A stretch of DNA of 64,000 nt. Source: the human T2T-CHM13v2.0 reference genome, Homo sapiens. Position numbers and translations under genes: made by a program. Below the pieces are notes generated by a model, which was not told the DNA's origin, ran no database searches, and worked only from the letters and a program-made list of their open reading frames with translations. This document shows, in pieces, positions 41,490-53,439 of this stretch; position 1 is the first letter of the stretch, and each line of letters starts with the position of its first letter. The stretch is taken from NCBI RefSeq assembly GCF_009914755.1, contig NC_060930.1, one strand, 5' to 3'.

Positions 41490-41764
41490 AGCCGGGTGCA
41501 GTGGCTCACACCTGTAATCCCAGCACTTTGGGAGGCTGAGGAGGGCAGATCACCTGAGGTCGGGAGTTTAAGACCAGCCTGGCCAATATGGTGAAACCCC
41601 ATCTTTACTAAAAATACAAAAATTAGCCGGGCATGGTGATGGGCACCTGTAATCCCAGCTACTCGGGAGGCTGAGGCAAGAGAATTGCTTGAACGTGGAG
41701 GCAGAGGTTGCAGTGAGCCGAGATCATGCCATTGCACTCCAGGCTGGGCAACAAGAGCAAAACT
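41490..41764 (+). mobile_element. AluSq/Sp-like, lacking the last ~7 nt and the A tail
   Basis: gccgggtgcagtggctcacacctgtaatccc...ggcaacaagagcaaaact, followed directly by non-Alu sequence. Confidence 0.93.
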
Positions 41765-42085
41765 TGTGTAGTCAATATTTATTTATGTCTACCCATATAT
41801 TTACCATTTTACTTGTTCTTTATTCTTTCCGCTATCTCCACGTTTGCCTCTGACATTATTATTATTTTTTAGACTGAGGTATATCTTTTAGTGAAAATGT
41901 GCCAGAGATAAAGTTTTTCTGAACTTACATATTTTTGTTTTAAAATGCCTTAACTACAGCTTTGTTTTGGAAGAATGTTCTCACAGGACAGAGTTCTTGC
42001 TTAGTGATTTTATTTTTTCAGTACTTTCAGAATACCAATTCATGGTCTTCTGACATATTTATTCATTGAGAAGCCAGTGTAAATT
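41765..42085 (-). mobile_element. Old L1ME-type fragment
   Basis: ttttggaagaatgttctcacaggacagagttct...ttttttcagtacttt...catggtcttctgac...tgagaagccag. Confidence 0.55.
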
Positions 42086-44767
42086 TATTATTAACAAAAA
42101 ACTACCAGGTTCATGTATCTTTGTCAAAAGTTGTAGATTATGTAGAGAACTCTAAGTTTCCATTGCTGGATGTTTAGTTGCATGAGTGTTTGAGGATTCA
42201 CACGTATTATCTATCTCTACTCTCTAAATTTCAAACAAAATTTTAAAATTAGAGGTAGTAATCAGATTTATTGGCTTTATTCTTGACAAGGCTGGCTTGG
42301 AGAATCTGGCTTAGATGTGGAAATACAATCTGCCTTTTATGGCCCTGTGACCCACCTTATCCTCTATGTCTCATCTAGATTGAGGGCTAACCCACTTGAG
42401 GAAGGATTGGTGTCTGCAGAGCACACACACGCTCAGAAAATACCTGCCTCACACAGCAGACCCTGGTAGCTGGATAGAGTGAGATGGCTTTCAGATGGTC
42501 TTGTGAAGGCTTGCCTGGGGCAGAGAACCACTTTGCTGTCAGGAAAAAAGAGAGCTCTCAGGGTAGAGCAGAGCAGGCTCATTTCCTTCTCCTAGTCCCA
42601 TGAGTCAGGTAAGTTACTTCTCTTCTTTTTCTGGGAGAGAGTTAAGACAAGCCATGGATGCTCACTTTCCTTTTCTAAATGATGCACTTCCCTGCTTTAT
42701 GGGCCAAAATGAGAACACTGAAGAGAGTTGAGAATAGTACTCCCTTCAGTAAGTGTAGTCACCAACCAGCTCCCTCCTAAGAGCTTGGAATCTCAAAAAA
42801 AAAAAGCATTCTTGAACAGTCTCCAGGAAGAACATTCCCGAGAACAACAGGCCTAAGAGGAATTTCCTTGGGTTCAGAGGTCCTGTGTTACATAGCTCTG
42901 TATCACTCATAGTGCTTTCAGCAAAATGGAGTATAAATAAGCAATTGTAAATTTTGTTTTGTTTTTCTTTGTTCAGTATTGCTTAGAGCAACAAGATTTA
43001 AATTTAAATCACTATAGATTTGATCACTGTAGAAAAGAATCAGAAATTCACCCTCGTTTCCAATTTCAAATGTAAACGCCACCAGTACAGTAAATGTACC
43101 ATGAGAAACCTATTGGTGGCACTATGGAATTAGACAACTCTAGAGAAAACTTAGCAATAAATGGATATCCCTCTGAAACCTCAAGAGGTAATTTCCTTTG
43201 GTGGGATAATATGTAGATAAAATTGGAAATGAAAGCTATAGTTGAGCTATTTGTAATCAAGACACCTGCACAATTAATTTTAAAGTAACATATTGTTTTG
43301 TGGGTAAAATTAAATGTCTTATACAAATGTCTTATACAAGCACTTACACACTCTGGGAACAGATGCCAATGAATACATTTGGTGACTATTCATCAACCTC
43401 ACAAAGATCACCTTAGCTTACAGAAAACACAGGGACCATTTTAAAAGTAAATTTGTAAAATTACATGAAGAGAAAGACATGCAATTCTGTGACTTTATGT
43501 GTCTTTTATTGCAAATACTATTGCTAAGACAAAATACCCACTCACATACACATAAATGAACTTCATGGATGCATGTATGGATAGAATGGATAGACTTCTG
43601 TATTGAGGTATAGATGCCTTTGTGAACAAATTTTTGTGCTTTAGCATGTTTTGTTCCTTTGTTTTAACTCTAGCATTCTTACCAAGAAAAATAACACATG
43701 TTGAAAATCCAAAGCAATGTAGATAAAGATCACATACCTTTTAGACACTAGCAACATTAGAATACCATGCAAAAAAGATGTTCATCAGGGCAAGGCTAAT
43801 AAACAGTCCCCTGGAAATATCTTTCACCTCCCGCATAGTCCATTCTTCTAGCTGTAACTCCAACTAGTGCCACAAGACTTGTTTTTTTCTGGCTAAGCCC
43901 TGGGCAACATTCACCATCAAAGTACTATTATCTTCTTAATTTTTGCTTAGAAAAGAAAGAAAAACACACTTAGTGTTAAGATTGGATATGTTTTTAATTT
44001 TTAGATATCTGTACTATGGACATGAGCAAAATAATATGGAACTACAGTTTTTAAAAATGGCCACACAGAAAACCACCTTAGATGAAATGAATATGTAACC
44101 TGCCGTCGATTTAAAAAAATTAAGCTCACTGTCTCATGTTGAAAGGTCACAATCATTAATCTATTTAAAGTTAGCAACGGCCCGTGTGTCATACACGATT
44201 GTGGACACCTGACCTTGATACCTGCCATTCCACTGCCTCCCACAAGCTGTAGACAATTTAGTACTCCATCTGACAGTGACTTCTTTGTCATTTCTGGCTA
44301 TATTCTTCATTTTTCCTCCTCTTGCTCCCACTTTAGAAACTACCATGTCCTTTCTTTCCCTTTTATGCTTTCTTATGAAATTTTATATCCTTTAATATTG
44401 TAACTACGTATATCACATAAAAAATAAACAACAAAAATCTTGGAAGGTATTCTACAGAATAAAGACGTCAGTCAGTTTGAAAATATTAGATACTTAATAC
44501 AGGTAACATCTTAAGATTTAAAGTTTAGACTTATACTATGTTTTTAAAGGGACACTGATCAAGGATCTGAACTAAATTATAATGTAGACACAAAAAGACA
44601 TCGCTAATGTTTCTGTAACAAAATGTCCACTAACAAAACAAAAGGTATTTTGTCTTAAAATTTGCAATGCTTTATTTTAAACAGTACAATAGCAACAATT
44701 ATGTACCGTGACACAATTATAAAAAATTATCATCAAAGATAATAAACATTAAGATATTGTTGAAGGG

Positions 44768-46023
44768 TATTATTAGCTGGATTGTGCCCCTCCTCACACA
44801 CCAAATTCATATGTTGAAGTATTGGCCCCCAGTACTTTAGAATGTGACTGTGTTACAGGATATTTAGGGTGGAATATCTCTGTGGCAGGTGGAAACGTCT
44901 GTGGCAGGTGGTGCCTTTGCCCGAGTTCTTGTCCTGCATCCAGGAAGAATGAGGTATGGAAACAAGCGGAAGGGGAGCAAGATGAAGAGAAGCTTTATTG
45001 AGTGTTCTAACAGCTCAGAGGAGACCCGCAGGGGGCAACTCCTGAAGGAGGGGCCTTACCAGGGACCAACCCCCTTCGGCACAGGAATCTTTCTGCCTCC
45101 TGCAGCCATTCATGGCCCAAGGGCTGGGCCCCAACCCAGCTTTGAGATCCCAGCGGGTGCCAGGAGAGGAGAGAGACCGGGCAGCGGGATCAGATACCCC
45201 GGAGCCTGAAGAGACATGCGGGCCTTCCCAGCCGCCAGGGGGCAGGCAGCAGAGATGCGTGGGTCTGGCCGCTGCAGCTGCACCCAGGGAGCTCCAGCCC
45301 CATCAACTCGGAAGGGGCGGGGCTCCTGCTTGTTCCTGGCCCTTGCCTGCTCGTGGAGCGAGAGGGCCAGGTCAGCAGCAGCGGGTTGGGTGGCTGCAAC
45401 TGCACCAGGGAGGGCAGATCCTGCCTGTTCCCAGCCCCTTCCAAGAGCACAGGAAGGCTCGGATCCACAGCTGCAGTTTTGGCTGATGTAGCCCCGCTAC
45501 GTATTGCAGGAGGGTGGGGCTCCTGCCTGTTACGTGAAGCAGGGGGCCTGGATCTGCTGCCGAGGTTTGAGGTTTGGGCGGCTGCAGTGGCACCCGGGAA
45601 GTTTCTGCCCCAAATCAGAAGGAGTGGGGCTCCCACTGACTCCACAGAGTGTGCAGCCCCAGCCCTCCTCTCTGCTGCAGCCGGGGTAATGGCAGCAGCT
45701 GTTGCCATCAACTGCATTTGGAAATAGAACCTTAAAAGAGGTACTTAAGTTAAAATGTGGTTTTAGGGTGGGTTCTAACTCAATACCACTGTGCCCTTAT
45801 AAAAAGAGGAGATTAGGACACAGTCGACAAAGAGGATGACCATGTGAGGACGCAGCAAAAAGGCGACCACCTGGGAGCCAAGGAGAGAGGCCTCAGAAGA
45901 AACAAAACCTGCCAACCCCTTGAACTCAGACTCTCAGCCTCCAAAATTGTGAGAAAATTCTTCTGTTGTTTAAACCATCCAGTCTGTAGCATTTTGCTAT
46001 GGCAGCCGTAGAAAACTCATACA
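44768..46023 (+). mobile_element. MLT1B-like LTR, split by MER52
   Basis: ccaaattcatatgttgaagt...agaatgtgactg resumes as catttggaaatag...ggagagaggcctcagaagaaacaaaacctgcca...aactcataca; 5-bp TSD aaggg at 44763-44767 and 46024-46028. Confidence 0.9.
44851..45710 (-). mobile_element. MER52-family ERV1 solo LTR, GC-rich, probably internally deleted
   Basis: tgttacagga...gatgaagagaagctttattgag...ggagacccgcag...gttgccatca; TG..CA ends; 4-bp TSD actg at 44847-44850 and 45711-45714. Confidence 0.85.
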
Positions 46024-46707
46024 AAGGGTAACAGCAAGAGTCTATTTGTCAAGGTAAGGTGAAAGTTTGGAAAGGACATAGAGCTTGTTTCTTTCTTATT
46101 TTTTTTTTTTCCCTTTAGGCATTCAGGGCTTGATAAGGCAAACTTTGCTCTTTAAAATATCAACATGTCTTTCAAGGTTCCCACTGAAAAGGTTATTTCA
46201 TATTGTTCATTTTTGCCCATAATTTTTACTCACTTCAGAAAATAGGCTTTTTAGGAGCCTAGCATTTGCATTTAACTCTCTGAACAGGACTTAAAGAGTG
46301 TAACCAAAAGACAGAAAAAGATTACTCAGTATGGAACAAGCGAAACAAAAAAATAGTTGGGGGAGTAGGGTGGAGGATGAAAAAAATGCACAGCGAGGGG
46401 GTTGAGTCAGCTCCTGTGTTTCCATGGAGAGGACTTAAGCTTCTCCAGAAGTGTAGTGAAGGCCCCTAGTGATCCATAAAGGTCCTGTAGCTGGCTGCAC
46501 AGGGGTGGCCAAGGACCAGGGTGTGACTGACAGGCGGCATCTTGCTGAATAGCATTTTTTCACTTGTATTGGTAATCCAAAAAGCACTTGCCAATTGACA
46601 TACTTTAGGCTAAACAAGAGGCAGAGGTTGTTCTCAGAACTTTTAAAAATTATTATATTATTTCTTAAATTTGAACTTGTTTCCTGTTTTTCTGTGTAAG
46701 GTATAAG

Positions 46708-46745
46708 CTCCATCTCAAAAAAAAAAAAAGAAGAAAGAAAGAAAT
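46708..46745 (+). repeat. Orphan Alu 3' tip with an A-rich tail
   Basis: ctccatctc + A13 + gaagaaagaaagaaa. Confidence 0.6.
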
Positions 46746-49199
46746 CTCTGCCATCAGAATTTGCTTAGAATTCTGCTATAGAATGTCCTTATTGATAACA
46801 TAGAAATAGGATTAGGGATTATTTTAATAATAAAATAATAAACATATACTTTAAGAGTGATCTAAGGCTGCAAAATTTAAATTATATTGGCTGTCTAACT
46901 GACCTGGCTAAATACATTTTTTGATTATCAATACATAAATCATGGAGTTAAGTATGTATACAAATGCAGAATTAAGTTCTTCAGCCCTAAATATCTTTTG
47001 GTGAATCAATTTAAAATTGCCTTTCTAAATATTATTAGTTATTATTATTAAGCTATTAATATTTACAGTCTTTGCCACTTAGTAAAATGTGACTTTGTCT
47101 TAAAGTAGACCAACATGTTTTTATCCATCTGCCAGACTGCCAAATGGAATTTGATCTCTTGAGACACTGTACAATATTGGCCATTGCATTTGAATTAAAA
47201 TTCTCCTGAAGCTAGTCACTGCATCACTCTTGGAAAAGTATTATCGAACTTAACTGAGCAACAGCACATCACAACACATGGCATTATAGAAAGCACAGAA
47301 GGATGCACTTATTCCTTCTAATTGGAAGTTTCAGAAACTGATATCACCCAACCTTTCCTTTTATTTTGAAGTTACATCACTACCCAAGCCTCTGTCTTTT
47401 TATTCATGGGTGTGCCTCCATTGTTGCTGGAACAAATCCAGTGCATTAGTGAAAACATTGCCCTCTTGATGAGACTCATCTAAACACATCTGTCATCCAC
47501 ACACATGTTAAAGCATATTCACAATGGCCAATCAGAAAACATTTCTACCTCCAGGGTGGTCAATATAGTTATGCTGATATTGCCCAATCACAGATCAACA
47601 CTTTCGATCTTTTAATATCCTCCCTGAACAACCATATACTTATTGAATGTTTTTCAGACTGTGCTTAAGTTGTTGAGTCATTTAAAATATGTTTCCTGTC
47701 CTTTATTCTCTTATCCACTTTTCTTCTAAAGATGTCTGCATTCTAGCTCTTAATTTTATATTTCTTACTCCACTGAGGCATTCCACATAAATATATCATC
47801 CAGTCTACTACCCTGTGTTTATTAAAATGTATTCTCTACTCCTTCAAAATACAATCTACCAAAGAAACTAACAGCTAACTAAAAAGAAGTGAGGCTAAAA
47901 CTTTAGTGACCTCAAGACAAGTTAGAATTCTATGGCACTCTAAATCCCTATTGCTGTTGGCTTTTCTGCTTTGCTAACTGATGGCAAGAATTGACAGCCT
48001 CCACAGAATATGTTTGATAAATCTTTAGAGGCTAAATTTCCCAGTGGCACTATGAACTTCTTTCTCTGAGGAAGTGGACATTTGGTTGTTCGTAGGGGAA
48101 GCTCAGATGTCCTCATGAAGAAACAGCAGTGTGGCTAAAGTATGGGGTAAGCCTTCTCTGTAATTGCCTGTACTGAGAAAGTCAACTGCTGCAAAGATAA
48201 TGTGTATTAATTTAGTTCTTTTTTGTGATACTTACACTAGAAATTCATTTTTTCAGATTTCTCCCTAAAGCCCTTTGGCTACTCAGGAAGGCCCTGCGTG
48301 AAACTTGCCAAGGATTCCATATGACAGGTATCCCCCCGACTCCCCTGTTGCCTGGCACATTTATCTTAGGTGCCCCTGTGGGCAGGTCAGGTGATACACC
48401 CCTCACCCCACTGGAGAGTACTTTTGAAAGGTAGGAAATCTGAGTCTTGCTAGCTGAAAACTCTGACTCAGCCTTAACTTTCAAAGTAGAAATGCCCATA
48501 CAAATACAGTGACTTTTTGTTTCTGACAGAATTTAAACCTCATTGCTATGGTATTAACGGGGATGCTACGGCAACCATAAACTACTAACTATAATTTTCC
48601 CTGAAAACAGCTGCCATGGAGCTGTGGAATATTTTCCTTAGACTTTAAAGCATTGACATTTCAAGGAAAACTCAGCCTTCTTGGCACAGTAGAGCTTACT
48701 CAAACTAAGATGTCTTAAATAAACTATTTGCACACATGAAAACTTCTATAAATGTGTATAAATGTATTATCGTAAATGACTCATACCCTCAAAAATGATA
48801 TAATTTTATATAAGTTATATTACATATCATACTATGGTAACCTATAAAGGGCCGATGCCTTATGTGAAATACTTAAAATTTTATGATAAAAAATTTAATT
48901 GGCCATGATCATGTCTGTTAAGTCACTCAGCCAAAAGTATAAGGGCAAGAGCACCAGTCTTAGAATCGGGATCACTGTGATATAATTATGGCTTTGATTT
49001 AACAACCGTGTCATCTTAGGTACATCCAATTGGAAAGCTGCTCTTTAGAGTGGGTGGATTTCAATTGTTGATGTTACTGATACTAGTGCTCCAACCCAAA
49101 AGCCCTCTTCATTCATTCTCTCAGGAAGAAAGGCAGCTTGCTGACTTGCTGTAGTTGAGCCACACACATAGAGTTCAAGTGATGTTCAGTGGTTGTCTA

Positions 49200-50050
49200 T
49201 TAGAGACATAATTCAGAATTTTAAAAAAAAATCTAATTAATAGTCATAGAAATAAGTGAGAAGATATTTTAGTCATACAACTATAAATGAAGCTCTGTGT
49301 AAATCCATCAGTCCAAGAGTTTTTTAGAATAGAAATTGTGGCAGTTGGTATGAAACATTCAAAGGGCAGGAAAATAAAACTGAGGAGCCAGCTCAGACAA
49401 ATAGTTTAAAAGAGGGGAAATAATTAAAAAAAAAAAACAAAACAAGAGACATCAAGGATCAACCTAAGAGGCAGAATATTCAACAAATAGGAAATTCAGA
49501 ATAAAATAAATAAAGGGAATAAAACATCCAACCAAAAAGGAATGGGTGAATAGTTAGCAAAACTTAAGAAAATCTTCAGATTCGTGCTGCTAAGTATCAA
49601 TAGGATTAATGAGGATAGATTCCTAGCTGGATGGATTTTCATGAAATTCACTAAATATAAGGAGAATATTTTTAAAGTTTCTAGCTGGGAAAAAATAGAT
49701 TATCTGCACAGGAAGAGCTATCAGAGTGGAACTGGACTTCTCATTAACAGTGTCTTAACAGTAGAAGATAATAAAGCAACATCTTAAAGTATTAAGAGAA
49801 AGTTATTTTGAACTCTCAGTTATGTATCAGGCTAAATGACGATTAAGTTAAAGGGCCAGATAAAAATGTTTTCAGATACACAGGCACTCAGGAACTTTAC
49901 TTGATATTCATTGTTCCTGAAGCTGTTACTAAGGACATAATCCAGGCAAAATATGGGATATAAGAAAAAGTAGGACAAACTCAAAGTTTCAGTGAAAGGA
50001 CCCCTTAACATGGCAGTTGGTCAGTAGGTCCAGAATAGCTTGTCCACATT
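49200..50050 (+). mobile_element. HAL1/old L1 ORF1-like remnant
   Basis: aggatcaacctaagaggcagaatattcaacaaatagga...ggacttctcattaacag...ataaaaatgttttcagatacacaggcactcaggaacttta. Confidence 0.6.
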
Positions 50051-51035
50051 GAAGCAAGATCTATTAACACTTCTATGCAGATGAATTTAGCTTTTAATCT
50101 GTTCAATGTAGGAGTTATTATGCCTATATTCCACATACAAAAATATGAACAAAAATGAATCTACTTCATGCCCATATTCATAACTGTATAAAATAAGAAT
50201 GACAGCTGATATTTTACTTTAAACACATAGCCCAGATGAAATTTTTAAGCAAAACTCCAACAGGCAGATTTACTGAGCTGTTATGAATGTTTCATTATCT
50301 CCTAATTAAAGTAGTCTACTCGCCTCAATTGCCATATGCAAATGGAAACTTAGAACAAATTGATAAAGGGGTTTTCACTTGTAATTGCTGCAATTAAGAA
50401 GTATACAAACTGTTTGACTAAACATTTCACCTCTAATAACTTATTATAAGATAATTGAACAAATGTCCAAAATTTAATTTAAAGAATCTTAATTGTAGCA
50501 TTCAGTGTATTTATTCAACAAATACACGAGGCATTGGACACTTATCATTTATAAACATTAAAAGAAAGGAAGCAGCCTACATGCGTAAAAATAAGTTATA
50601 GGATAAGGAAAATTAGAGTATATTCACATATTGAGGCAACAGTCATTAGGATTGAGGATGATATAGAAACATATTTATTAAAAATGAGAAGTCCTCCAAT
50701 ATGAGAAAGCAAGTTACAATATGTTATATGGTCTCTTTTACATAAGTAGGTAACAGGAAGTTTGTTTGGTAAACTCTCTCTTTCCTGGTCATCCCCAAGT
50801 TCTCTGTCTTTTTGGAGTTGTCTTTCTCTTGCAATCATGTTGCCCCACAACAGCAAGATGTAGTTTCTTTCCTCCTTACCATTCCTGCGGGTGCTCTTCC
50901 TCTAGCACATTTTGGATAAAGATATTTGCCACACGATTGTGCCTAAATCATTCAGCGCTGCCCTCTTCCCCAACGTCTCTGTGGGATCCCTCAGGCTTCT
51001 CCGTGTTTGCTGCCAGTTGCCTTAGAACCACCACC

Positions 51036-51315
51036 ATTCTAAACAAACTATCACAAGGACAGAAAACCAAACACCCCATGTTCTCACTCATAAGTGGGAG
51101 TTGAACAATGAGAACACATGGACACAGGGCGGGGATCATCACACACCGGGGCCGGTCTGGGGGCGGGGGGCTGGGGGAGGGATAACATTAGGAGAAATAC
51201 CTCATGTAAATGACGAGTTGATGGGTGCAGCAAACCAACATGACACATGTATACCTATGTATCAAAGCTGCATGTTGTGCACATGTACCCTAGAACTGAA
51301 AATATAATAATAAAA
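51036..51315 (+). mobile_element. L1PA5/6-like 3' fragment
   Basis: aaactatcacaaggacagaaaaccaaacacc...gtaaatgacgagttgatgggtgcagcaaaccaacat; 12-bp TSD agaaccaccacc at 51024-51035 and 51316-51327. Confidence 0.92.
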
Positions 51316-51554
51316 AGAACCACCACCCTTTCTTTCTCTCCACTGAAGAGCATCAATATTGGGATTTTCATAATTTTTAAGCTTTTTAATCAGATTTGGT
51401 AGTGATGGAAGGTAATTAGAGCTCAGAAAATAAACTATTTCAAATATAACTGCTCTGTGATGCCTAGAAATTTACTGTGCAATCTCTTTCCTGTTGGGTT
51501 TCTCTACTGCTCCAGTTTTCAGCACTGCCATTTAGAAACATCTTTCCTTAGAGT

Positions 51555-51702
51555 AGTATGTCTAAAAAAATTTTTAAGTGTCTTTGATGGCCTGATGAAG
51601 CTCATGAATGTTTTCTCAGAATAAAGTTTTGAACGAATAATACACAGAATTCCAAAGGAAGCCAATTATATTTAAATATAGTTCTAACAAGGAACCCCTT
51701 GA
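51555..51702. mobile_element. hAT-Charlie fragment, Charlie4-like
   Basis: ctgatgaagctcatga...ttctcagaataaagttttt...ccaaaggaagccaattatatt. Confidence 0.45.
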
Positions 51703-52707
51703 TTCTAGAGTCAAATAGACTGTGCTATTTTCTCTTCCTAGTCTATTCAGCTTCTCTAATTGACAGGAACAATGCCAAAAGTACTGCTACTTTTTTCTGT
51801 TTTGCCATTTAACTAATTATGTTTACAAAATGGTATCCCTCTAGACTGAGGTCAGGAGGCCCTAATCTTTCACAGGCAAATAACAAGTCAAAGAGTTTTC
51901 CAAAACATAGGCCACTGCTTTCCCTTAAAGGAATATTATCAGTCCAATTAGCCCAAACTTTTCATTTTTCTTCTTTAGATGCACATATTTGCTTTCTGTC
52001 TCCGTCTCTGTCTCTGTCTTTCAGAGACAGACAAAGAGGCAGATAAACATATTTTTAACAGTTACGATGATAACAAAAGATTTAATTTTAGGCCCCCTTT
52101 TCTAAATTATAGGTCTATCTATACCTATAATTTAGAAAAGAAGAAATCTTTACATCAGACAACCAGTGCTGGGAAAATGAAAAGAAGTGAAAGAAAAAGA
52201 AGTTCCACAACTACCCTCTATAATTATCTCTTATGATCATTAGCCTTGTTTGGGAACCCGTTGCATAGTGCCATCAACCACTGTCTAACACTATGAAAGA
52301 ATTATGTGAGGTTCTTAAAGCCCAGGATATCTGTCATTGCAGACCCTGAATTGTGTGGTGCACTGCCACATCATCTCACTTCAATAAATATACTCTTACC
52401 TTCCTGTATGTCAAGATTGAATGAAAGGTGAGACTAATTGCAGTGGGTCTTAGTCATTTAAAACTAGATATGGAAAAAATATACAGGAGAAATTACTAAA
52501 GGATTCGCAGTTTTTTTGGATGAGTTAAACCCATGTATAGAAGAATATTTTTGCTATTTAATAGGTATCATTATGTTAGCCATGGTGTAAGGAGCACATC
52601 TGGGAATAGTTCAAAAGGAGCCATTAAAAAGCAGCTTTGTCCAGAATGGGTTCTGATACTGAAAATAATTAAAGATAGGCTCTTCTTGATTATCTTTAAT
52701 TCTAATA

Positions 52708-53439
52708 GTGTTAGGCTATTCTTGCACTCCTATAAGGAAGTTCCTGGGACTGGGTAATTTATAAGAAAAGAGGTTTAATTGGCTTACGGTTCTGCAGGCT
52801 GCACAGGAAGCACAGTGGCATTTGCTCCTGGGGAAGCCTCAGGAAACATCCAATTGTGGTGGAAGGCAGAGGGGGAGCAGGCACATTGCATGGTGAGAAC
52901 AGGAGCAAGAGAGAGAGAGTTGTGGGGGAGGTGCCACACACTTTTTTTTTTTTTTTTTTTTGAGACGGAGTCTTGTTCTGTTGCCCAGGCTGGAGTGCAG
53001 TGGTGCGATCTCGGCCCACTGCAACCTCCACCTCCTGGATTCAAGCAATTCTCTGCCTCAGCTTTCCGAGTCACTGGGATCACAGGCACCCGCCACCATG
53101 CCCAGCTAATTTTTTGTGTTTTTAGTAGAGACCAAGTTTCACCATCTTGGCCAGGCTGGTCTTGAACTCCTGACCTTATGATCCACCCTCCCTGGCCTCC
53201 CAAAATGCTGGGATTACAGGCGTGAGCCACCACGCCCAGCCCACACACTTTTAAATAACCAGATCTTATTTAAATAAGCGAATTCAGAGCAAGAGCTCAC
53301 TTATCACCAAGGGGATGGCCCAAGCCAATGTGAGGGATCTGCCCCCATGAGCCAAACACTTACCACCAGGCCCCACCTCCATCACTGGGGATTACATTTC
53401 AACATGAGATTTGGGTGGAGACAGATACACACTGTATCT
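52708..53439 (-). mobile_element. MSTA/MSTB LTR, split by an Alu
   Basis: gactgggtaatttataagaaaagaggtttaattggc...aggccccacctcca...ggggattacatttcaacatgagatttgggtgg. Confidence 0.9.
52946..53241 (-). mobile_element. AluSg-like
   Basis: T-tract, then gagacggagtct...ggccaggctggtcttgaactcctgaccttatgatcc...gcccagcc; TSD cacacactttt on both sides. Confidence 0.93.

Noticed and set aside
44889-45727. Dense overlapping ORFs (up to 175 aa) in a GC-rich block, resembling a gene or CpG-island exon
   Set aside because: They lie almost entirely within a TSD-flanked MER52-type LTR; the scarcity of stop codons is explained by GC content.
47400-47450. Minus-strand ttccagcaacaatggaggcacaccc, resembling the Tc1/mariner FQQDGAPxH motif
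   Set aside because: The match needs a frameshift, and I found no downstream WPxxSPDL motif or TIRs.
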